A stretch of DNA of 64,000 bases from Tubiluchus corallicola. Its lineage: Eukaryota; Animalia; Priapulida. Positions 45,409 through 57,400 of this stretch are shown here, piece by piece. The position numbers were made by a program, and so were the translations under genes. Where the stretch lies: NCBI GenBank assembly GCA_030141605.1, contig JAQGDQ010000372.1, positions 62,001 through 126,000 of the forward strand, read 5' to 3'. The notes beneath the pieces are model-generated. The model had not been told where the DNA came from, did no database searches, and saw only the letters and a program-made list of their open reading frames with translations. The stretch's first letter is position 1. Every line of letters starts with the position of its first letter.

Positions 45409-48400
45409 ATGTGGCTAGACCGAGTTTATCTCTGCGCCGTGTTGACATGGTTTCAACTGATGCTGGGTCAGTACTCGCTAAATTATTAAAATTTTATTTT
45501 ATGTTGGTGAATGAGTTCGTTAGGTGTACTTAATTAAATTTAAACTATTTTTTATGTATTAAAAATTGATGACAGCTCGGCGGAATTATTGGATGGCTAA
45601 TGTGACGCTAATAAGACGATTATTTTAGAACGATTTTCAGTCATTTTGCTTACCCAAAAAGTTCGTGAAGTTTTTTTTATAAAAAGCGTAGTGATTTTCG
45701 TAACAAAAAAATTTTGTTCATAGAGACGAAAAAAACCTGCGAGTGTACCAGTAAAAATAGGGAATCATTTGAAGGGACACTAGCTTCTGTTAGTTATATG
45801 AAATTTGAGTAGAGGGCGACACCAATGTATAAATTGTGAAAGCACACTCACAGCAATAGTATGTTTTGCACTATGTGGCGGCATCTATTGGCAATAAGAA
45901 TGAAAGGACGTAAACTCATCCTGGTGCCACTTTAAAGTTTTCAGAATTGTCACCACCTGTGTGTTTCAAGTTGGCCGTCATGATTAAAGTTTACAAGCAA
46001 AATTACCCAGCATCTTTTTTTGAAAATGCATCACCGTTTTTGTACACGTACATTACGGTTTATAGCTATTGTGTAAGTGTGTATGGCTAAAATACAGATG
46101 ACCCGATGAGCTAATTTCTCAAAAGTGGCCGGCATTCCTCTTAAAAATATGTTACGCATTAATGAAAATGTTGTGTAATTTAACTTTTGTCTTAAAAGTG
46201 ACATACAGTTACGTTTTTAAATTTATGAACGTTGTAGCAATCTTTCCCTCAAACAGCTGGGTGTGGTTGGCTCTTTGCAAAGGGTGTTGGGGTGACCTCT
46301 AATGCCCACTATTACGATATTACAGTATTTGGTAGTAATTAAATCTTAACCTCTAGTGTCATAGAGATATAGGGGGTGCAGGAATGAGAACTGAAACTGA
46401 AAATGAACTCGAGAATGAGGTGCAAGAGGAAGAACGACAGTTACTGGTACTGATGATGAAGTTTAATTTCATTTTTGACCAACCGTACGCTAGTATTAGA
46501 AGGGCCATTATTTCTAGTTATGCATGGGCTGCCGGAGCATGTTGCAAGGTTCTTGTGTAGGAAGTACAATTTAAGACGGCATTAGATTCGGCCATCTTCA
46601 CAGCAAATTTTTCGTATTGTTAGGAAAAATAAGGATGCCTTAATAAGTCATTTTAATCAAATGGCAGGTCAATTATGTATTCATATAATACACAGAAAAT
46701 ACGTTATTTAATCAATACCTGCTGAAGTTTATAGGGTAACTTGCATCACTCCACACAGTAACTACGAAGATTCACCTCTAGCAAAAATGAACCCAGCCAG
46801 CACAATGCAATTATAGATAAATATCTGTGAGCAATATAAATATCAATAGAGTCAAAGTCTCAAAGCGTTTAATTCAAGCAGCAGATTTTCTACGAAAGCG
46901 TAGAAGTAAAACAACAAATTAAATGTCCGTGGTAAATGGCGATCGTGGTTAATGAGGCGAGCATGAGCGGATTGCCTCATAAAACAACATGCCGAGATTA
47001 TTGCGAGAAATCAAATCAAAATGAAGCTAATTAGGCTTGTGCAAAGAGGCCAACTAGCAAGCTACAATTATTAAAGCTATGATATAATGCAATTGCAATT
47101 ATGTGCCGGAGCTTGAGATTAAGACTATTTATATATATATATAAGATTCGAGGCTACAGCTCGGACGGCGGCACCATTTGCGGCGATCTATACATCAAAC
47201 GAAAAGGTCTCGATCTAGTGTCGTGCCATTGGGTTTTTTCGAATCGGGCCCACCGGGAGGAACGGGGGGCGAAAAACCTCCAAAAATGGCCATTTTTTGC
47301 AAAAGTTATACGGCTGAGATCTGAAGAACGGGAACGGGCCGAGGGGGGTGCTGGGTATGGATAGATAGCCCATTCAGCGGTGGGTGTCATAGGCATATTT
47401 AGAATTTGCGAGAGGGCCACGGCGATCCGCAACGGGCGTTTTCCCGGACCCAACTCGCGGTTTTTTTCGAAATTTTGACCAAACAGCATGGGGGAAAAAC
47501 GTTCTAGCGGCGCCTGGTGGGACTCTCGGAAGGAGATATATATAGCTCTTTAGAATTCAAAATTACTTTTATAACCAGTCGTCTAGGAAACAATAAGAAA
47601 ATAATATGCTAACGCTGGATAGGAATTGTCGCGGAGTAATAACGTATTGTAGCCAGACTATTTGTGTTCATTTTAGCATGTCATTTCTGGTATCACGCAC
47701 TGTGCTGCTTCGTTATTGCAACATAATTAAATTTGCCGTCTTCTCATCATTCTTGCTTTTTAAATGTCGCAGCACCAGCTTGCCTTGTGTCGCTGCAACT
47801 GCTCCAAAGTGATCATTTTGCATTTTCCAAGAGGTAAAATTGTTGGATAGCACTGGATTCATAGGTGTGATCGATGAGAAAAGAACTGGATGAGGCAGAA
47901 CAATAGAGTTTGCTCCCTATACTTTACAGATGACAATTTTGAGTCTGAGCAAGCTATATTGTAAGATTTAATTTTAAGCTACTGTGACATTCAACAGGGG
48001 AAAAACTGAAACTTACTGATGTTCTTTTCCCTCTGCAGTTGAGTAGGTTACATGGAGATTCACTGCAAATAAAATCATTACATTTGTACAACAGCCATTA
48101 GCCATGGCAAGTCCTAACTAAAATGCGCTTGAGAAATTGTAGGCTTAAATAAGTTGGTTGCTTTACCTGAAATGTTTTTGTGAGTTACAACAGTAACACT
48201 TAAACAATTATTATCATTGCGAAAGTGCTCGAGATTTTTAAAAAGAATCTATAGTAATTCAATAACTTCTAACCTGGACTAAATACAGTTTTCACGAAAT
48301 TTGGTCAAAACGGGAATTACCCTTATTACTGCATATCATCACATGCATTATCTTAGAAAGTGGTAGGTAGATCAGCTATTAATATAATAGATAATAATAA

Positions 48401-51400
48401 AATGCAACAATAGTAGTGTTTACCCAGGTGTATTTATGCAACTAATAAATCTTTTGAGGAAAATTATCTACCAAACAAACAATCTCAGGTTCACATGGTA
48501 ATATTTAAGGTTTATTTTTCAATTCAATGATGTAGATATGCACGTGCAGTTTGAAAATTTTGGGAAGCTTGAAAAAACAAAGTGGGATCAAAATGAGAAA
48601 ATGGACTAAATACAGCATGAAACCCGATTTTTTTAAAATTTAAGCTAGGAGAAAATTAGATGTGCAACGCTCACTTGATGTGATTGATCCCATGGGTGAC
48701 ATGTGAAAAGTGGCAATTTCAAATTTTGCTCTCATGAAATGCAATTCGCAGGTTATCAAACATGGAAAATTCATTGAAGGTTGTTATTGTTGTTGTTGCA
48801 ACTGTTGCTGTTCCTGCTGTCATCGTTGTCGCCATTGTCATCACCATTGATTTAATGTGATGCTGTACAGTATAGTGTGGTGCGGGTGATGTAATGTTGG
48901 TTATGTTAGCCTGGCATGGTGTGGGTGGAATGGTGGCATGGTTTGGTTGGTGTGGTGGATGTGGTGTGGATGGTATTGTGTGGTGTTCTGGTACACTAGT
49001 AGTGTAGTGAATTAGAGTTGGTGTGGTGGTGAGTTGGTGGTGTGCGTACGTACCAACGACCAAATCAAAATGATCTATTATTACAAATTGTTATATCTGG
49101 CTACATATACATTCGACTCTGATACTGTTCTAAGTATAAATTTTTTTAGTTAGCGTATTGAAGAAATAATGAACCAAAATGCCGCTAGATGGCCCGCCTC
49201 CTACGTCCTTCTTCCTCCTTCATAACTTACGTCAGCAACATATCCGTAGTCTCCTTCACCTGCAAAACCAAGAATTTACTTTACATGAGATGCACTGACA
49301 TTTATAGTTCTTCTGAGTTATGAGAATGCTGAGCTGTTCTGAGGATGCTGAGTTTGTGGGCACCGAGGCAGATGATGCCGAGTTAGTGAGCACAAAGGGA
49401 GAGGATGCTGAGTTAGTGGACACCAAGGGAGAGGATGCTGAATTAGTGGACACCAAGGCAGAGAATGCTGAGCTATTGGGCACCAAGGCAGAGGATGCTG
49501 AGCTATTGGGCACCAAGGCAGAGGATGCTGAGTTAGTGGACACCAAGGCAGAAGTGCTGAATTTGTGGACACCAAAGCAGGGGATGTTGAACTTGTGGGC
49601 ACCTAGGCAGAGGATGCTGAGTTAGTGGGCATGGAGGCAAAGGATGCTGAGTTAGTGGGCACCAAGGCAGAGGATGCTGAGTTAGTGGGCACCAAGGCAG
49701 AGAATGCTGAACTTGTGGACACCAAAGCAGGGGATGTTGAACTTGTGGGCACCTAGGCAGAGGATGTTGAGTTAGTGAACACCAAGGCAGAGGATGCTGA
49801 GTTAGCAGGCACCAAGGCAGAGGATGCTGAGTTTGTTTACACCAAGGCAGAAGATGCTGAGTTTGTGGACACCAAGGCAGAGGATGCAGAACATGTGGGT
49901 ACCGAGGATACATGTGCTAAAACAAATTATAATAAGTTGTGCTTACCTGCTGAATCTTGTTGTGCCTGTCTGCGGCCGTCTGGCAGGGCAGCTCTGTAAG
50001 ATCCATCGCCTTTATAAAAACATTTAGTTTTGCATTACTCTACTGTATAAACTGTATGCAAGTTTCCTATGTATTACATCAAAGTATAAAACGTCGTGGT
50101 CTACTGAAATAGTCCTGAAATAATCATATGGGTAGTTGAAAAGTTTGCGTTTTTGAAATATTGTGAGCTACTTTAAGTTGTCTGATAACATCCATGTCAT
50201 CTTTATTATCTGTGTGTGCGTGAGAGAGAGAGAGAGAGAGAGACCTCAAAATTTTTAATTCAGTGGTTTTAAAGTACCTATTTTTCTGATATATGCAATT
50301 AGACCTTTGCTATGAGCACAATAACGCATTTAACAGAGCAGAACAGTGAAAACGTATAAAACTTACCATTTACCTCCACACAGTTGTTTAACAACGTGGC
50401 GACAAGCAAACAAACAATCAACGTCTTACTGTTCATTTTTGTTCTTATAGAGAGATCGTCACACAACGTCTGAAACTTGTGTGTTTGAACCACTTGCTGA
50501 ATGGGTCTTAAATACTAGATTTTACGCATGCATAACCTGATTGTGCTAATAAGTGCAGCACCCCATTGGGATATACACTAGCTTATACTTCACTGAAACA
50601 GAAAACAAAGAAAGCAGTGCAAGCCATGAAGACAAAATTATAGCTGATTTAAAAACTCTACAGCCATCAATTTGATTAAATTATGCAACGACAGAAATCA
50701 AGTAACTGAGGTCCTGAATATTCTGTCCGGAAAGCAAACTGTCTGTCAGTGCTATTTTGAAACTAGAATTAACCAGTTGAGTGATAAACTTGAAGCTCTA
50801 GACAATAAAATGAGCTGCAGCTCAAAACCATTGTGGAGTGATATAGTGTCGATGCCTAGAGCCAAGAGTAGTGCCAAGCTGTCTACAGAAAACAAGTCTG
50901 ACGACAAAATGAAATTAACCAAAACCATTTATGATCCGTTGTAATAATCAGCAATGTAAAAAATAAAGAAATTGTTAAATCAAACTTCTCCATCAAAAAA
51001 CAATTATCCCACCACTTCCCTCTAACGCAGTTTGACAACCTCAGAAAAACAGCTGAAGGTATGATACAAGTGCAACTTAAGCACAGAGAAGAAGCAAAGT
51101 TAATGATAGATAACTGGCTGCCTTCGTACCTGGGCACAGAGACTTCAGCTAGATCACCTCTACAAAATACCATTGGCTTACTACGAGACTGCGACCTAAG
51201 CTTGACCGATGATGAACTATTAGATGAGATTAGTAAACATTGCACTGACGTGAAAGTGGACTTATTTAGAATTATTTATAATTTTTATTACTTTTATACG
51301 GTTAAATTGAAGCATAATTCAGAAAATTAACTTTTTAACCTTTCCAAACCTTGTTCTCCTCTACTAGTTTAAAAACATCATGGCGAAACAAACTTCGCAA

Positions 51401-54400
51401 GCGAGTACCGTAAAATAATCCTATTTTTAAGCACAGTTGTCATACGTTTACGATCCTGAGGACCACTACTGCTGACAGAGGCAAATAGAGTATCAGGTAT
51501 CCCGTGATGTAATACATGGATCTAAGTGTCGTGAGGATCCCCCAAGGGAATTTCAGCGCAAAATGATAATTTTTTAAGATTTATTAAAGCTTAATACGAA
51601 ATAAACGCAATTGAATTTAAAATCACAATACTTTACAGTATTGCACTATTGTCTTGCATGTGACTTCAAATCAAAAAGAGGTATATATGTAAGTAGATGA
51701 CAACTAAATTCCTACTACTTGCCATTTTCTTTTAACTGTATTGTACGTAAATCTTATACGTATTACGTATGTACATTAATCACTAAAGCACTTAATGAGC
51801 GCGTCTCCCAACTGGCAACTTAGAAAGACGATAGTTTATAAACTTACGATCTATAAACCTATTTGGAAAACATTAGGAACGTTAATGATAGAAAGACCCT
51901 GACAAAAAATAGAACCAGTGCTCATCGTCTGGTTATTGAAACTGGCACATGTGTAAGGCCACCTACACCCACTCCACGTGAAAATCGAGTTTGTATTGTT
52001 ATACAAGGAAAATGCCATTTTCTATTGTACTGCACAAAACATAACGTTGCACTTAAAATTATGTTGAATACAGTTTGTCCGAGTGTTCAAACTTTTAATA
52101 CTTTAACTGGAAATGAAAAACCGTTTTACCACATGCAGCCACAAAATACTGCAATACAATGTGCAGGGGCAAAATTTGTCTGAACTTGCATGTAATGTTT
52201 ATAATTAAAAAAACATTTTTAACTATAAATGTTTTAAATGCCTGTAATAAATTTGGCTTGCATGTAATCTGTTGTATGAAATGTTTATTATTGTTTTGAA
52301 CGGCCATATGTCAATAAACTATCCATCTGTCTATATAAAAGATAGATATCCAAATTACATAGTTATAAAAATTATTTCATTTCTTGAGGAAATGCAGCCA
52401 GTACAAATGTTTAAGTTGGTTTAAAATAGATTACCAGTAGGCATGTTAAACGTTATTGTGTTACAGGAGTCTGTCATGAGGTGAACAGTACTAAACCGCC
52501 TCCATTCCAGCTGATGCAGTACTTGCTGAATAACTACAATCCAGCTGTCATTCCTATAGGAGGAAATCAAACTCTAATTAATGTCACAATCGATTTATCT
52601 GTCAATCAAATCATCGATGTGGTGAGTATCTCGAGGAACGATTAAGCATCGTGTGCACATATACAGTACCTCTCGTGTGCACATATGCTGTAGCTCTCGT
52701 GTGCACATATACGTATACTGTACCTCTCGTATGCACATATACTGTAGGTCTCGTGTGCACATATACTGTAGCTCTCTCGTATGTACGTATACTGTGCCTC
52801 TCATATGTACGTATACTAATACTGTACCTCTCGTATGTACGTATACTGTACCTCTCGTATGTACATAATACTGTACCTCTCATGTACGTATACTGATACT
52901 GTACCTCTCGTATGTACGTATACTGATACTGTACCTCTCGTATGTACGTATACTGTACCTTTCGTTTGTACGTATACTGTACCTCTCGTATTTACGTATA
53001 CTGTACCTCTCGTATTTACGTGTACTGTACCTCTCGTATGTACGTATACTGTACCTCTCGTATGTACATATACTGTACCTCTCGTATGTACGTATACCGA
53101 TACTGTATCTCTCGTATGTACGTATACTGTTCCTCTCGTATGTGCGTATACTGATGCTGTATCTCTCGTATGTACGTATACTCTACCTCTTCTACAATCA
53201 CAAAAATCCTAAATATAATAGAGAAACCAGCACAAGATACTCAAAACGTGTAAAATAACAAACCTCGGTTGCTTTCAATTGAGCACCATTGAAAATTATA
53301 CCTCATGTCTTGTTTGCTCATAACAGTAATTGTTAGTTCATACTCCTGCAAATAGAGGGAAAACAATGTATTTATTGTTTAATAAACGGACTTATAATAA
53401 AAAAATTAGTTAATTTCAAAGTCATTCTTAATTTTTGTCATGTAAATAACCTCCTCTGAAATTGCTTTTGGTACCTTGAAATAGTAAGGCGTTGTTCATA
53501 GTAATTATTGTATGCCAATTAAGTTAGAAAATGATCTCTATTATTTCTGTCATAACTGTATATAGAGACAGTAAAAAACTGAATTAGTTTATAGCTATTT
53601 TAATAATGTTGCCATTTCCTAATGAAAGTCTTTCAAATTACGGCAATTAGCATCGCTGCCGTAATTTCTTTTTTGTAACTTGCAGATAAAGTCCAAAAAG
53701 TTTCCATTATATTATTGTATGTGTTTATTATATGTTAGTTAACTTAGTTTGATATTTTTTTACTTTGGCATATTTTTTCATTAAACTCATTAATTTATCT
53801 CGAAAATTGTTAAAATGACAATAACTATCCGAGTTTTCTATTTAATCAATGTTCAGAACGGGAAAATCGTAAACTATAAACAATTTTCAGATAAACTCAA
53901 GACAGATACATGTCAATGTTTTTCACTGTCTGTCAAACGATGCAGATAAACTCAAGACAGATACATGTCAATGTTTTTCACTGTCTGTCAAACGATATAG
54001 ATAAACTCAAGACAGATACATGTCAATGTTTTTCACTGTCTGTCAGACGATACAGATAAACTCAAGACAGATACATGTCAATGTTTTTCACTGTCTGTCA
54101 AGCGACATAGATAAACTCAAGACAGGTACATGTCAATGTTTTTCACTATCTGTCAAGCGATGCAGATAAACTCAAGACAGATACATGTCAATGTTTTTCA
54201 CTGTCTGTCAAGCGATGCAGATAAACTCAAGACAGATACATGTCAATGTTTTTCACTATCTGTCAAACGATACAGATATACTCAAGACAGATACATGTCA
54301 ATGTTTTTCACTGTCTGTCAAGCGATGCAGATAAACTCAAGACAGATACATGTCAATGTTTTTCACTGTCTGTCAAGCGACATAGATAAACTCAAGACAG

Positions 54401-57400
54401 GTACATGTCAATGTTTTTCACTGTCTGTCAAACGATACAGATAAACTCAAGACAGATACATGTCAATGTTTTTCACTGTCTGTCAAACGATACAGATAAA
54501 CTCAAGACAGGTACATGTCAACGTTTCTCACTGTCTGTCAAGCGATACAGATAAACTCAAGACAGATACATGTCAATGTTTTTCACTATCTGTCAAACGA
54601 TGCAGATAAACTCAAGACAGATACATGTCAATGTTTTTCACTGTCTGTCAAGCGACATAGATAAACTCAAGACAGATACATGTCAATGTTTTTCACTGTC
54701 TGTCAAACGATACAGATAAACCCAAGACAGATACATGTCAATGTTTTTCACTGTCTGTCAGACGATACAGATAAACTCAAGACAGATACATGTCAATGTT
54801 TTTCACTGTCTGTCAGACGATACAGATAAACTCAAGACAGGTACATGTCAATGTTTTTCACTATCTGTCAAACGATGCAGATAAACTCAAGACAGATACA
54901 TGTCAATGTTTTTCACTGTCTGTCAAGCGACATAGATAAACTCAAGACAGATACATGTCAATGTTTTTCACTGTCTGTCAAACGATACAGATAAACTCAA
55001 GACAGATACATGTCAATGTTTTTCACTGTCTGTCAGACGATACAGATAAACTCAAGACAGATACATGTCAATGTTTTTCACTGTCTGTCAGACGATACAG
55101 ATAAACTCAAGACAGGTACATGTCAATGTTTTTCACTATCTGTCAAACGATGCAGATAAACTCAAGACAGATACATGTCAATGTTTTTCACTGTCTGTCA
55201 AGCGACATAGATAAACTCAAGACAGATACATGTCAATGTTTTTCACTGTCTGTCAAACGATACAGATAAACTCAAGACAGATACATGTCAATGTTTTTCA
55301 CTGTCTGTCAGACGATACAGATAAACTCAAGACAGATACATGTCAATGTTTTTCACTGTCTGTCAGACGATACAGATAAACTCAAGACAGATACATGTCA
55401 ATGTTTTTCACTGTCTGTCAGACGATACAGATAAACTCAAGACAGGTACATGTCAATGTTTTTCACTGTCTGTCAAACGATACAGATAAACTCAAGACAG
55501 ATACATGTCAATGTTTTTCACTGTCTGTCAGACGATACAGATAAACTCAAGACAGATACATGTCAATGTTTTTCACTGTCTGTCAGACGATACAGATAAA
55601 CTCAAGACAGATACAGGTCAATGTTTTTCACTGTCTGTCAGACGATACAGATAAACTCAAGACAGATACATGTCAATGTTTTTCACTGTCTGTCAGACGA
55701 TACAGATAAACTCAAGACAGATACATGTCAATGTTTTTCACTGTCTGTCAGACGATACAGATAAACTCAAGACAGATACATGTCAATGTTTTTCACTGTC
55801 TGTCAGACGATACAGATAAACTCAAGACAGGTACATGTCAATGTTTTTCACTATCTGTCAAGTGCAGATTAAGACAGATACATGTCAATGTTTTTCACTG
55901 TCTGTCAAGCGACATAGATAAACTCAAGACAGATACATGTCAATGTTTTTCACTGTCTGTCAAACGATACAGATAAACTCAAGACAGATACATGTCAATG
56001 TTTTTCACTGTCTGTCAGACGATACAGATAAACTCAAGACAGATACATGTCAATGTTTTTCACTGTCTGTCAGACGATACAGATAAACTCAAGACAGGCA
56101 CATGTCAATGTTTTTCACTATCTGTCAAACGATGCAGATAAACTCAAGACAGATACATGTCAATGTTTTTCACTGTCTGTCAGACGATACAGATAAACTC
56201 AAGACAGATACATGTCAATGTTTTTCACTGTCTGTCAGACGATACAGATAAACTCAAGACAGGTACATGTCAATGTTTTTCACTATCTGTCAAACGATGC
56301 AGATAAACTCAAGACAGATACATGTCAATGTTTTTCACTGTCTGTCAAGCGACATAGATAAACTCAAGACAGATACATGTCAATGTTTTTCACTGTCTGT
56401 CAAACGATACAGATAAACTCAAGACAGATACATGTCAATGTTTTTCACTGTCTGTCAGACGATACAGATAAACTCAAGACAGATACATGTCAATGTTTTT
56501 CACTGTCTGTCAAGCGACATAGATAAACTCAAGACAGATACATGTCAATGTTTTTCACTGTCTGTCAAACGATATAGATAAACTCAAGACAGATACATGT
56601 CAATGTTTTTCACTGTCTGTCAAGCGACATAGATAAACTCAAGACAGATACATGTCAATGTTTTTCACTGTCTGTCAAACGATATAGATAAACTCAAGAC
56701 AGATACATGTCAATGTTTTTCACTGTCTGTCAGACGATACAGATAAACTCAAGACAGATACATGTCAATGTTTTTCACTGTCTGTCAAGCGACATAGATA
56801 AACTCAAGACAGATACATGTCAATGTTTTTCACTGTCTGTCAAACGATACAGATAAACTCAAGACAGATACATGTCAATGTTTTTCACTGTCTGTCAGAC
56901 GATACAGATAAACTCAAGACAGATACATGTCAATATTTTTCACTGTCTGTCAAGCGATACAGATAAACTCAAGACAGATACATGTCAATATTTTTCACTG
57001 TCTGTCAAGGTGTTGGTGGTTTTTTTTGTTGTAGCGATACAGATAAACTCAAGACAGATACATGTCAATGTTTTTCACTGTCTGTCAGACGATACAGATA
57101 AACTCAAGACAGGTACATGTCAATGTTTTTGCAGATATCGTGCCACTAAAAGGTGTTGAACAATTTTTAGTAAGAATTATCACCCATTTTCGAAAGCCGT
57201 TCTACTAAACGTGCAATTTATTATAATAACCTTTTCGCCATAATAGCTAATTAATTAAGCATAATTTGGGGGCCTGTTTATTCCCATGTTATAATGAGAC
57301 AGTTGAGTATCATTATGGCGGTCAATAATAAACCTTCCACGTGGGAAATTAATAGAATGGTACATTGCGTTAGATCGTTCTGCTTCATGGATATGATTGT

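Noticed and set aside
46719-46777. Further minus-strand exon of the nested peptide gene
   Set aside because: It has acceptor- and donor-like ends, but all three frames from the main acceptor contain stops.
48017-49259. Resemblance of frame-A KETTDMLLTE to molluscan egg-laying hormone (ITDMLLTE) and of frame-B DYGY to sulfakinin/CCK
   Set aside because: The matches are short, the rest of each family signature (peptide length, C-terminal RF/W-amide) is missing, and the frame itself is unresolved, so I did not use them to name the gene.
49320-49999. AEDAELVDTK-repeat protein on the plus strand
   Set aside because: A 30-bp minisatellite with 1-nt frameshifts and no supporting splice or start context.
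32530-57130. CRISPR-like appearance of the regular 33-, 34- and 55-bp arrays
   Set aside because: The units are head-to-tail with no unique spacers, there are no cas genes, and the context is eukaryotic.
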